Shown: positions 10,028 through 19,608 of the stretch, one piece after another | How positions within the stretch are numbered: position 1 is the first letter of the stretch | How the letters are laid out: every line of letters begins with the position of its first letter | Origin: Bacillota bacterium | GTDB lineage: Bacteria > Bacillota > DTU065 | Reading direction: 5' to 3' | Length of the DNA: 64,000 nt | Assembly (NCBI GenBank): GCA_018435125.1 | Contig: JAHDNZ010000022.1 | Coordinates: 13,196 to 77,195 of the forward strand | The notes under the pieces: generated by a model | What the model was told of the DNA's origin: nothing | Databases searched by the model: none | Seen by the model: the letters and a program-made list of their open reading frames with translations, nothing else | Made by a program: the position numbers and the translations under genes

Positions 10028-11344
10028 ATGATGAAAGAAATTGAGGTAATAGGTGTTGATATAGGCCAGGAGGGAGAAGGAATAGCTAAAACAGATTCAG
10101 GCTATACAGTTTTTGTCCCCTATCTTTTGCCAGGTGAAAGTGCTTATATTGCATTATTGGAACAAGGGGCACATTTTGGCAAAGGAGAAATTTTAGAGCT
10201 AAAAACCGAATCAAAGTTGCGGCAAAAAGCTCTTTGCCCTGTGTACTATGAGTGTGGAGGCTGCCAATTACAACATCTGAGTTACCAAGGTCAGCTCCAG
10301 TGGAAAGAAAAGAAAGTAAAAGATAGTTTAACCCGTCTAGCGGGAATAAATGCACCACAAGTAAGTCCAATTATTGGTATGGAAACTCCCTGGTATTACC
10401 GCAATAGAGGTCAGTTTGTAATTGGAGAAGAAAATGGAACATTGAGATGGGGATTTTTCACCTCAAAAACACACAAAGTGGTCTCTTTTAAAGAATGTCC
10501 AATTCATCATCGTTATCTCAACGAAGCTATGCAAGATCTAATACCACAGCTTAGTGGACTACATTCATTTTTTGAAGGCGATGGAACCCTTAGGCATGTA
10601 TCTGTAAGATGTGGTGTAAACACAGAAGAAGTTCTGGCTACCCTTGTTACCACCGAGCCTTTAGGTCAGTCTAACACTCTTGACTGTTCTAAGATTAAAA
10701 GAGCAGTAGGTCTGGTAGAAAATATTAACAAAACCAAGAGTTCTAAAATTCTTGGTGAAAAAGAAAAAACTCTCTGCGGTCGCCCGTATTTAGAAGAGAA
10801 ATTGATGGGATTAAGATATCTTATATCTTCTCAATCGTTTTTTCAAAACAATACCGAGCAGACAGAAAAACTTTATCAAAAAGTGCTTCAGTATGCTAAA
10901 CCCAAAGGTAAAAGGATACTTGATCTCTACTCCGGGATTGGTAGCATATCTTTGGCTTTAGCGAAAGAAGCTCTTGACGTTGTGGGGATAGAGATTGTAA
11001 AAGCTGCGGTAAGGGATGCTAAAGCCAACGCGAAACTAAATGGTATTGAAAACGTGCGTTTCCACACTTTAGACGTAGCAGATGCATTTAAACAAGAAAA
11101 AACCCCTCCTGATGTTCTGGTAATGGATCCACCAAGAAAAGGTATAGAAAAAAGAGTGTTAGCGGATGTTTTAAAACTTACTCCTCAGACCATTGTTTAT
11201 GTATCCTGTAACCCTGATACTTTAGCCCGCGATCTAAGAATACTAAAAGAAAAGTACGAATTGATTGAAGCAACCCCTATTGATGTTTTCCCTCAAACCA
11301 CTCATGTGGAGACGGTCGTATTGCTGTCAAGGGTTGATAAATAA
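10028..11344 (+). CDS. rlmD: 23S rRNA (uracil-C5)-methyltransferase RlmD/RumA family
   Basis: N-terminal TRAM domain, Fe-S cysteine cluster CPVYYECGGCQLQH, SAM-MTase motifs DLYSGIGSISLALA and VLVMDPPRKG. Confidence 0.85.
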   Translation: MMKEIEVIGVDIGQEGEGIAKTDSGYTVFVPYLLPGESAYIALLEQGAHFGKGEILELKTESKLRQKALCPVYYECGGCQLQHLSYQGQLQWKEKKVKDSLTRLAGINAPQVSPIIGMETPWYYRNRGQFVIGEENGTLRWGFFTSKTHKVVSFKECPIHHRYLNEAMQDLIPQLSGLHSFFEGDGTLRHVSVRCGVNTEEVLATLVTTEPLGQSNTLDCSKIKRAVGLVENINKTKSSKILGEKEKTLCGRPYLEEKLMGLRYLISSQSFFQNNTEQTEKLYQKVLQYAKPKGKRILDLYSGIGSISLALAKEALDVVGIEIVKAAVRDAKANAKLNGIENVRFHTLDVADAFKQEKTPPDVLVMDPPRKGIEKRVLADVLKLTPQTIVYVSCNPDTLARDLRILKEKYELIEATPIDVFPQTTHVETVVLLSRVDK

Positions 11345-11439
11345 GAGTGTAAAAAGATAAGTAAATAAAGGCTTTCCGTGATTTGAGGTCTGGTTCTAAG
11401 CCGGAAGGATATTCACGGATTTTTGCTTTGTGGGAAGAT

Positions 11440-11625
11440 ATCCAAGAGTGGTGGATTACTCACCGGATTTACGAATTTGAATATAGGATTGGTGAGTTGA
11501 TAAGATTGCTGGCAAAAATGTGGTGAGTTGACAAGATGGCTATTGGCTTGAATAGATAAACAAGGTTGAAATGCACTTATAAAGTAATTACTTTTCAAGT
11601 ACATATAAAGGTTGAAATAAGAGCT
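11440..11625. repeat. Intergenic cluster of direct and inverted repeats (GGTGAGTTGAyAAGATkGCT x2, inverted ACTCACC, AGGTTGAAAT x2)
   Basis: GGTGAGTTGATAAGATTGCTGGC 11491-11513 and GGTGAGTTGACAAGATGGCTATTGGC 11522-11547; ACTCACC 11457-11463; CAAGGTTGAAATG 11561 and AAAGGTTGAAATAAG 11608. Confidence 0.4.
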
Positions 11626-11663
11626 GTAAAATGTTATGATAAAAAGAAAAGGTGGATTTAGGT

Positions 11664-11876
11664 ATGGATAAGGAAGATAAAGTCCAAAAGGAACCGATGG
11701 AATTCTATAACATGTCTGATTTTCTTAGAGGACAATCATCAAAATTAATTACTGGTTTATCAGATGAAGATAAAACAGCTTTTGTTTTGAAAAATGGAAA
11801 GCCTGTAGCAGTGCTTATTTCTCACGAGAGATACGAAAGGTTATTAAAAGCAGGGATAGATATTACTGAATACTAA
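11664..11876 (+). CDS. Phd/YefM-family antitoxin-like small protein (orphan; no cognate toxin gene)
   Basis: ATG after AAAGGTGGA RBS; ...TAFVLKNGKPVAVLISHERYERLLKAG matches Phd/YefM core. Confidence 0.55.
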   Translation: MDKEDKVQKEPMEFYNMSDFLRGQSSKLITGLSDEDKTAFVLKNGKPVAVLISHERYERLLKAGIDITEY

Positions 11877-11912
11877 ATATAAAACACTTAATAGATGAGA
11901 GAGGTTAAATGA

Positions 11913-14603
11913 ATGGCCGTGAAAAAATCAGAATTGTATTCCCTATTATGGGATGCTTGTAATAAATTAAGAGGTGGAGTAGAACCTTCAAGGTATAAAG
12001 ATTATGTGCTTGTATTGTTATTCTTCAAGTATGTATCAGACAGATATAAAGGGCAACGTTTTGCTGAATTTACAGTAAATGAAGGTGCCTCATTTGACGA
12101 CTTGATTGCTGCAAAAGGTAAGCCGGATGTTGGCGAAAGAGTAGATGTAATTCTTCAAAAGTTTCTAGAAGATAATAAGCTAGTAGGTGCGCTTCCTGAT
12201 GTAAGCTTTAATAATCCGGATGAACTAGGTTCTGGTAAAGAACTAGTTGATAAAGTTTCTGGTCTTATAGCTATTTTCCAAAATCCTGCGATTGACTTTA
12301 AAAGCAACAGAGCCAGTGGAGATGACATCATTGGGGATGCATATGAATACTTCATGATGAAATTCGCTCAGGAGTCTGGTAAGAGTAAGGGACAGTTTTA
12401 TACACCTAGTGAGGTGTCACGTATTATTGCTAGACTTATTGGTATTGGCAATATTAAACAAGAGACAGGAAAGAAATGGACCCTCCATGATCCTGCGGCG
12501 GGGAGTGGATCATTACTTATTCGTTCAGCAGATGAAGCACCAACTGATGATAATGGTGATTCCATAGTAACAATATTTGGACAAGAAAAATATCCTGATA
12601 CTGCTGGTTTAGCAAAGATGAACTTCATCCTACATAACAAAGGAACAGGTGAAATCAAAAGTGGGAATACATTGGCAAACCCACAATATACTGATGATTT
12701 TGGTGGACTTAGAAAATTTGATTTTATTGTCATGAACCCACCATTTTCTGATAAAGACTGGACTGATGGAATTAAACCATCTGAAGATAAATATAAGAGG
12801 TTTGATGGTTATGGCATTCCACCAGAAAAGAATGGTGATTATGCTTGGTTTCTACATGTTCTAAAAGCATTGGATAGCAATGGTAAGGCGGGGATTATTC
12901 TGCCACACGGTGTTCTCTTTAGAGGAAACTCAGAAGAAACCATTAGAAAAGCTGTTCTTGAGAAACGATATATCAAGGGTATAGTTGGGCTACCGGCAAA
13001 CTTATTTTATGGTACAGGAATCCCAGCTAGTATCATCATAATCGATAAAGAAAACGCTGATAAACGTGAAGGTATTTTTATGATTGATGCGAGCGATGGG
13101 TTTAAGAAAGATGGAAATAAGAACCGTCTTCGTGAACAGGATATTGAGAAAATTGTGCAAACCTTTATTCACCAAGAAAAGGTTGAGGGGTACTCCCGCT
13201 TTATTACCTATAAGGAGATTTTAGAAGAGAACGAAGGAAACCTTAATGTGCCTCGTTATATCCAAAAAATAGATGACACATTACCTCAAAACATTGCATC
13301 TCATCTTAAGGGTGGTATTCCAGAAGTCGATATTAACTCTTTAGAGAGACTCTGGAAAATATCGCCACAGTTAAGAGAAGAGATATTTACTTGTGTCGAT
13401 GAAGAACATGATGTCTATAATCTTGCTATAAAACCAAATGAAATCGAAACAGTCATTTCTGAAGATAAAAATATAAAGGTTGAAAAGGAAACTGAATACG
13501 GTTCTCTATTCGAGACGTGGAAAAATAAAGTAAAAGATTCATTACTCAACATTAATACAGATACAAATCCAAAAGAAGTAATTCGAAGCTTGGGCATTGA
13601 AATTTTGAGAGATTTTGAATCGGCAAAACTTCTAGACAATTACGATGTGTATGACTTCTTGCTTAACTATTGGAATGAGAAAATGCAAGATGATGTATAT
13701 GTAATAAAAGCGAACGGATATGATGCGGGACGTGAGATTGAATATGTATACGCTCAAAAGAAAGCTAAAGATGAAAATGGAGAAGAAATAAAAGTCGACG
13801 ATACTTCAAAAATGAAGTCTTTTGAAGGTGCCTTAATTTCGAGAGACATTATTGAACGGGAGTATTTTGAAACTGAGTTAATGTCTCTTAATGAGCTAAT
13901 CGAAAAGTCTGCATTACTTGAATCAGAATTGGATGAAATGAGAGAAGAAGAATCAGGTGACGAAGGTTTGCTTGTAAATGCTTTGAATGAAAAAGGGGAC
14001 GGAATACCTAAAGCAAATCTGAATAAACAGATAAAAGAACTTGAAAGTAAAAAGACTTCTGAAGTGATAGATGACATTACGAAACTTATTGAATTATTTG
14101 ATGCAGGCAGTACTTCAGAGATGGAGAAAATCGTCAAAGCCAATAGTAAGCTGAAGACATATGAGCTTAGAAATAAGAACGGTTCATTTGGAAAGGCTAA
14201 GCTTAAAAATGCATTAAAAGAAGCAAATGACAATGCAATAATGCCTGAAACATATGTCGAGGAATATAATGCTCTTCTTTCTTATCAAGCTAAGTTAACT
14301 GAAAAAGAAGAGGCTGATAAAGCGATTAAAGAAGCTCAAAAAGAGCTGGATGATTTAGTGCTTGCTAAATATGGAGAACTAACAATTGATGAAGTAAAGT
14401 ATTTACTCTTTGATAAAAAGTGGATGGCAAGGCTTGAAAGCGACATTATTGATGCGATTGATCAAGTGTTGAATAATCTTGCCTCAAAAGTTGTCTTAAT
14501 TGCCAAACGCTATGAGCACACATTAGGCGAGATTGAAGAGACGACAAATCGGTCAAAAGCTAAGGTGAAATCCGCCTTAGAAAGGATGGGATACACATGG
14601 TAA
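11913..14603 (+). CDS. hsdM: Type I restriction-modification methyltransferase subunit HsdM with ~400-aa C-terminal coiled-coil extension
   Basis: N6-adenine MTase motifs GQFYTPSEVSRII (motif I) and FDFIVMNPPFSDKDW (NPPF); 896 aa versus ~500 aa typical. Confidence 0.9.
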   Translation: MAVKKSELYSLLWDACNKLRGGVEPSRYKDYVLVLLFFKYVSDRYKGQRFAEFTVNEGASFDDLIAAKGKPDVGERVDVILQKFLEDNKLVGALPDVSFNNPDELGSGKELVDKVSGLIAIFQNPAIDFKSNRASGDDIIGDAYEYFMMKFAQESGKSKGQFYTPSEVSRIIARLIGIGNIKQETGKKWTLHDPAAGSGSLLIRSADEAPTDDNGDSIVTIFGQEKYPDTAGLAKMNFILHNKGTGEIKSGNTLANPQYTDDFGGLRKFDFIVMNPPFSDKDWTDGIKPSEDKYKRFDGYGIPPEKNGDYAWFLHVLKALDSNGKAGIILPHGVLFRGNSEETIRKAVLEKRYIKGIVGLPANLFYGTGIPASIIIIDKENADKREGIFMIDASDGFKKDGNKNRLREQDIEKIVQTFIHQEKVEGYSRFITYKEILEENEGNLNVPRYIQKIDDTLPQNIASHLKGGIPEVDINSLERLWKISPQLREEIFTCVDEEHDVYNLAIKPNEIETVISEDKNIKVEKETEYGSLFETWKNKVKDSLLNINTDTNPKEVIRSLGIEILRDFESAKLLDNYDVYDFLLNYWNEKMQDDVYVIKANGYDAGREIEYVYAQKKAKDENGEEIKVDDTSKMKSFEGALISRDIIEREYFETELMSLNELIEKSALLESELDEMREEESGDEGLLVNALNEKGDGIPKANLNKQIKELESKKTSEVIDDITKLIELFDAGSTSEMEKIVKANSKLKTYELRNKNGSFGKAKLKNALKEANDNAIMPETYVEEYNALLSYQAKLTEKEEADKAIKEAQKELDDLVLAKYGELTIDEVKYLLFDKKWMARLESDIIDAIDQVLNNLASKVVLIAKRYEHTLGEIEETTNRSKAKVKSALERMGYTW

Positions 14604-15724
14604 CTTATCCTTATGAGTGGAAAGAACTTTCTTTTAAAAAAACAATTAATTCAGTTCCTTTCAATATTTACTTGAAGCAACCTAGAATTTCAGGTGAATT
14701 TATTGTTGTTCAACAGGGTGACTCGCCAATTGCTGGCTATGCTAATGGAAGTCCATATAGAGATTATAAAAAGGTTGTATTATTTGGGGATCATACATTG
14801 TCGCTTTACAAACCATCAACTCCTTTTTTTGTTGCAACTGATGGAATTAGAATTTTATCTTGTAAAGAGAATATAGACAGAGACTATTTATATTATTTTT
14901 TGCAAAAATATAAACCTGAATCTGAAGGGTATAAAAGACATTTTTCGATACTTTTAAGAATGGATGTATTTTTACCTGAACTCTCAGAACAACAAGCCAT
15001 CGCTTCAGCATTATCGGATTTTGACGAGCATATCGACAATCTATCCGAACTAATTGAAAAGAAAAAAGGAATCCGTGACGCTGCTTTAGAGGACTTGGTC
15101 AGTGGTAGGACAAGACTTGATGGGTTTAATGGTGAGTGGGAAGAAAAGAGTTTTAAGGATTTAGGTGATATCTTAACGGGTTTAACATATAGTCCTGATA
15201 ACATAAGACCTTCCGGCAAGTTAGTAATTAGGTCTTCTAATGTACAAGATGATAGATTGTCTTTTGAAGATAACGTATTCGTAGATAGGACATGCGTTAT
15301 TTCCGAAGATATAAAAAAAGGCGATATTATTCTCTGTGTAAGAAATGGAAGTGCTTCTTTGATTGGGAAAAGTGCATATGCAAATTCAGACTTAGATGCC
15401 ACGTTTGGTGCATTTATGTCCAATTTCAGGTGTAAAAACCATGATAGCTCTGGATTCGTTTATTATTTTACTAAAAGTGTAATGTTCAAAAAATTTGTTA
15501 AGCAAATCTTAGGAGCCACAATTAATCAGATAACTAAAACTGACTTGAAAAGAGTAACATTAAAGATTCCTGTTGATATTGAAGAACAACAAGCAATTAC
15601 CCAAGTTCTGACAGCAATGGATGAAGAAATAGAATCTCTTAAAATAGAAAAAGAAAAAATGATTCAAATCAAAGAAGGTGCAATGGACGACCTCTTAATA
15701 GGCCGTGTGCGTCTTAAAGTATGA
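14597..15724 (+). CDS. hsdS: Type I R-M specificity subunit HsdS (two target-recognition domains, short form)
   Basis: ATGGTAA overlap with hsdM stop; conserved central and C-terminal repeats LIEKKKGIRDAALEDLVSGRTRL / LKIEKEKMIQIKEGAMDDLLIGRVRL. Confidence 0.8.
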   Translation: MVTYPYEWKELSFKKTINSVPFNIYLKQPRISGEFIVVQQGDSPIAGYANGSPYRDYKKVVLFGDHTLSLYKPSTPFFVATDGIRILSCKENIDRDYLYYFLQKYKPESEGYKRHFSILLRMDVFLPELSEQQAIASALSDFDEHIDNLSELIEKKKGIRDAALEDLVSGRTRLDGFNGEWEEKSFKDLGDILTGLTYSPDNIRPSGKLVIRSSNVQDDRLSFEDNVFVDRTCVISEDIKKGDIILCVRNGSASLIGKSAYANSDLDATFGAFMSNFRCKNHDSSGFVYYFTKSVMFKKFVKQILGATINQITKTDLKRVTLKIPVDIEEQQAITQVLTAMDEEIESLKIEKEKMIQIKEGAMDDLLIGRVRLKV

Positions 15725-15737
15725 GGAGGTAAAGGCT

Positions 15738-18700
15738 ATGTCTGTTGATTTAGAAAGAAAATTGCAAAACAAGGTCCTTCACTGGTTAATAGATAAAGAG
15801 GAAGACGGTGGTCTTGGTTATACGTATCTCGGAAATCTTGAGGATCAGAATAACAAACCTATAAAAGAAGAGTTACTTAAGAAGAATCTAGAAAAGCGTG
15901 GTTATACGAAAGACCAGATTTCCAAAGCTGTAACTGAGCTTGTTTCAAAAGCGAGTAATCAAGTAGATAGTCTTTACCAAATCAATAAAGAAGTATATTC
16001 CCTACTTCGCTATGGCAAGCAAGGTGTTAAAGACGAGAATAAAAATCGTCAAACAGTCCATTATATCGACTGGAACAATGTCGAGAACAATGATTTTTAT
16101 GCTGCTGAGGAAGTAAGTGTTCTCTGCTTTAATCAAATAGAAAGAAAACGACCTGATGTGGTGCTGTATATAAACGGCATCGCTCTTGGCATATTTGAAT
16201 TAAAGCGTTCATGTGTGAGTATAGGTGAGGGAATTCGTCAGAATCTCACAAACCAAAAAAAAGAGTATATTCAGAACTTCTTTAGTACTGCTCAGTTTCT
16301 CTTTGCTGGTAACGAAGCAGAAGGGCTGAAGTATGGAACAATCGAAACTCCTGAGAAGTATTACCTGAACTGGAAGGAAGATATTAAAGCTAAGGACGAA
16401 CTTTCTGTGACTATTAAAGGTATTCAATCTAGAGACAGAAATAAGCTGAGAGATGGTGTAATTTCTCTTTGTCATAAAGAGAGGTTTCTTTCACTAATCC
16501 ACGACTTTATTATTTTTGATGCTGGAGTGAAAAAGATTGCAAGACATAATCAGTATTTTGCTAATATTGCTGCTAGGAAAAGAATTCTTGCAGGCGAAGG
16601 TGGAATAATCTGGAATACGCAAGGATCAGGAAAGTCCCTAATTATGGTATGGCTTACTAAGTGGGTTATTGAGAATGTAGCAGATAGCCGAGTGGTAATC
16701 ATCACCGACCGAGATGAGCTTGATGACCAAATTGAAAGCCTGTTTATTGATGTAAATGAAAAAGTACGAAGAACAAAAAGCAGTGCTGATTTAAGAGAGA
16801 TTCTGAATAAAAATGATGATTCTATTATCTGCTCTTTGATTCATAAATACGGACATAATGCAGGTAAACAATCTGACGTGGATCAATACCGTAAAGAATT
16901 GATAAAAGACCTCCCTGCTGACTTTAAAGCAAAAGGAAATATTATAGCTTTTATTGACGAGTGCCATCGTACTAACTCGGGAAAATTGCATGAGGCTGTA
17001 AAAGTACTGATGCCTGAAGCATCACTTATTGGTTTTACAGGTACTCCACTACTCAAAAAAGATAAAGTAACGAGTCTTGAGACTTTTGGACCTTACATCC
17101 ATACTTATAAATTTGATGAAGGTGTTCAAGATGGTGTTGTTCTTGATTTACGTTATGAAGCAAGAGATGTTGACCAAGACTTATCTAGTAAAGACAAGGT
17201 CGATTTATGGTTTGACAATAAAACCTTAGGTCTTACAGATAGAGCAAAGATACAGCTGAAACAAAGTTGGACTTCAATCAACAAATTATATAGTTCAAAA
17301 CAAAGACTTGAGAAAATAGCTAGCGATATCATTTTCGATATGAACTTAAAACCTCGTCTAAAAAATGAGCGTGGTACTGCCATGCTTGTGGCCAACAGTA
17401 TATATGAGGCTTGCAGATACTGGGATATTTTTACTAGCAACGGCTTTAACAAGTGTGCTGTTGTAACTTCCTTTGAGCCTTCAACCGCGAGTGTTAGAAC
17501 AGCTACGAGTGATTTAAGTCAAGAGGGCGAAGAAGAATATAAGAAGTCTATTTATGAGCGTATGCTTAAGGGCAAAAAATTGTCTGAATTTGAGAAGGAA
17601 GTAAAAGAGCAGTTCAAAAAAGAACCTGCTAAGATGAAACTTCTTATCGTGGTAGATAAACTTTTAACAGGATTTGATGCTCCAACAGCGACATATCTAT
17701 ATATTGATAAATCTATGAGGGATCATGACCTTTTCCAGGCTATCTGCCGAGTTAATAGACCAGATGGCGAGGATAAAGACTATGGTTACATCGTAGATTA
17801 CATGGACTTGTTTCGTAATGTGCAGCTTGCAGTGGCTGATTATACTACTGAAGCTTTCGATAGCTTTGATAAGGAAGATGTTGAGGGACTTATAAAGAAT
17901 CGCTATGACGAAGCTAAATCTGAGATGGTGGGTGCAATTGCATCGCTGAAAGATCTATTAGAAAATGTAAGCGATCCTAAGGAAGATACGGATTATATTG
18001 ACTATTTTTGTGGTGACAATAGTGAAGATGATGAAAACACTGGCCGCAGAGATATTTTGTATACTCTTACTGCCTCGCTAACGCGCTCTTTTGCTAACTG
18101 CAGTGATAAACTTGTGAGCGATTATGGTTATTCAGAGGGGCAAGTTACCAGACTAAGAAGTGATATTTCAGGTTATAACAAAATAAAAGAAATGGTTAAA
18201 CTAGCGAGCTGTGATTATATCGATTTAAAACCGTATGAGGCTGATATGCGATATGTCCTTGATACTTACATACGTGCAGAAGACTCTACGGTTGTAAGTG
18301 AACTTGGGAATATGTCCTTGGTGGAATTGTTACTTGAAAACACTTCAACAACACCAATAGAGGCTCTGGTACAAGGCCTTCCAGGTAATGAAAATGCTAA
18401 AGCAGAAATCATCGAAAATAACTTGCAACATGAAATTGTAAAGAAGATGTCATCGAACCAAGTTTATTATGGTAAGTTATCAGAAATGCTCCAAGTACTA
18501 ATCGACCAGAGACGAATAGAGGCTATGAGTTACGAGGAGTATTTAAGGCAAGTTGTTGAGTTGGCACAAGCGATTTTGCGCCCTGAAGATAGCTTGGATT
18601 ATCCTGATACCGTTAAGACTAGTGAAGCTAGAAGGGCTTTCTTTGATTACTTTAATAAAGACGAGACTTTAGCAGTAAATATTGATAGTGCTGTCCATAG

Positions 18701-18863
18701 TGCATTACGTCCTGATTGGAAAAGGAATTTTCAAAAACAACAAAACATAAGGCTTGCTATATATGAAAATTTATTGGTATATGGTTATGACGAAGATGAA
18801 GCAACGCAGGAAACTGCTACGGTCTTCGAAATAGCTGAAAGGCAGGCAGAATACGATGTGTAA
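15738..18863 (+). CDS. hsdR: Type I restriction enzyme R subunit HsdR (SF2 helicase/endonuclease)
   Basis: AGGAGG RBS then ATG; helicase motif I NTQGSGKS, motif II FIDECHRTNSG; 1042 aa. Confidence 0.9.
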   Translation: MSVDLERKLQNKVLHWLIDKEEDGGLGYTYLGNLEDQNNKPIKEELLKKNLEKRGYTKDQISKAVTELVSKASNQVDSLYQINKEVYSLLRYGKQGVKDENKNRQTVHYIDWNNVENNDFYAAEEVSVLCFNQIERKRPDVVLYINGIALGIFELKRSCVSIGEGIRQNLTNQKKEYIQNFFSTAQFLFAGNEAEGLKYGTIETPEKYYLNWKEDIKAKDELSVTIKGIQSRDRNKLRDGVISLCHKERFLSLIHDFIIFDAGVKKIARHNQYFANIAARKRILAGEGGIIWNTQGSGKSLIMVWLTKWVIENVADSRVVIITDRDELDDQIESLFIDVNEKVRRTKSSADLREILNKNDDSIICSLIHKYGHNAGKQSDVDQYRKELIKDLPADFKAKGNIIAFIDECHRTNSGKLHEAVKVLMPEASLIGFTGTPLLKKDKVTSLETFGPYIHTYKFDEGVQDGVVLDLRYEARDVDQDLSSKDKVDLWFDNKTLGLTDRAKIQLKQSWTSINKLYSSKQRLEKIASDIIFDMNLKPRLKNERGTAMLVANSIYEACRYWDIFTSNGFNKCAVVTSFEPSTASVRTATSDLSQEGEEEYKKSIYERMLKGKKLSEFEKEVKEQFKKEPAKMKLLIVVDKLLTGFDAPTATYLYIDKSMRDHDLFQAICRVNRPDGEDKDYGYIVDYMDLFRNVQLAVADYTTEAFDSFDKEDVEGLIKNRYDEAKSEMVGAIASLKDLLENVSDPKEDTDYIDYFCGDNSEDDENTGRRDILYTLTASLTRSFANCSDKLVSDYGYSEGQVTRLRSDISGYNKIKEMVKLASCDYIDLKPYEADMRYVLDTYIRAEDSTVVSELGNMSLVELLLENTSTTPIEALVQGLPGNENAKAEIIENNLQHEIVKKMSSNQVYYGKLSEMLQVLIDQRRIEAMSYEEYLRQVVELAQAILRPEDSLDYPDTVKTSEARRAFFDYFNKDETLAVNIDSAVHSALRPDWKRNFQKQQNIRLAIYENLLVYGYDEDEATQETATVFEIAERQAEYDV

Positions 18864-19608
18864 TGAAGAAATAATTGGTGGGTTGCCAATAGAAATTATA
18901 AAAAAGAAAAATCTTAAAAATCTCTATATCAGGGTGAATCCACCAGAAGGCAGTGTGACAGTTAGTACTCCTAGCGATTATCCTGATGAAGAGATAAGGC
19001 TCTTTGTATTAAAGAAAATGCCAGAAATCACTAAGATAAGAGACAGGATGCTGTCACAGGCGCGTCAAACTGAGAGAGAATATGTTTCAGGAGAATCCCA
19101 TTTCCTGTGGGGAAAGCCATATCGGCTACAAGTTGTCTATGAAGGAAACAAATACGAAATTTCAAAACTACCAAACAAAATAATATTGACTGCTCCCGAA
19201 AGATCAACTAAAGAATCAAGGGAGAGGGCATTCAATGAATGGTACAGAGAAGAACTTAAACGAGTGTTGGATGGGGTTGTTTCAAGGTGTGAAACAAAAA
19301 CAAACCTCCATGCTAATGAGTACAAAATTAAGAATATGAAAACTAAGTGGGGTACATGCAATATTGATAAAAAAAGAATATGGATTAATCTACAGCTAGC
19401 CAAGAAACCAATAGAATGTCTTGAATATGTTGTTATCCATGAACTGGTACACTTGTTAGAAAAGAATCACACCCATAGATTCAATTCACTTGTGGAGGAG
19501 TTCTACCCTACCTGGAAAGAGGCAAGAAAGTTATTGTCAGAGTTGCCTTTGGATCATATTGAAAAAGGAGAACAGGTAGATTATGAAGAGGAAGATAACT
19601 CCAAGTGA
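18856..19608 (+). CDS. YgjP/DUF45-family (M48-like, HExxH) metal-dependent hydrolase, translationally coupled to hsdR
   Basis: Overlaps hsdR stop by 8 nt; motif VIHELVHLLEKNHTHRF typical of YgjP family. Confidence 0.75.
   Translation: MCNEEIIGGLPIEIIKKKNLKNLYIRVNPPEGSVTVSTPSDYPDEEIRLFVLKKMPEITKIRDRMLSQARQTEREYVSGESHFLWGKPYRLQVVYEGNKYEISKLPNKIILTAPERSTKESRERAFNEWYREELKRVLDGVVSRCETKTNLHANEYKIKNMKTKWGTCNIDKKRIWINLQLAKKPIECLEYVVIHELVHLLEKNHTHRFNSLVEEFYPTWKEARKLLSELPLDHIEKGEQVDYEEEDNSK

Noticed and set aside
11877-11912. Search for a toxin partner (Doc/YoeB/RelE-like) next to the Phd-like gene
   Set aside because: Only 36 nt separate it from hsdM, and no small ORF lies on either side, so it is treated as orphan.
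11909-11915. Alternative hsdM start ATG at 11909
   Set aside because: It is out of frame and terminates after ~17 codons. ATG 11913 is in frame with the MTase motifs.
12155-14233. Several 60-160-aa reverse-strand ORFs inside hsdM (12155-12355, 12398-12733, 13415-13639, 13754-14233)
   Set aside because: They are antisense to a well-supported long gene. Their S/L/F-rich translations are typical of complementary-strand artefacts in AT/GA-rich coding DNA.
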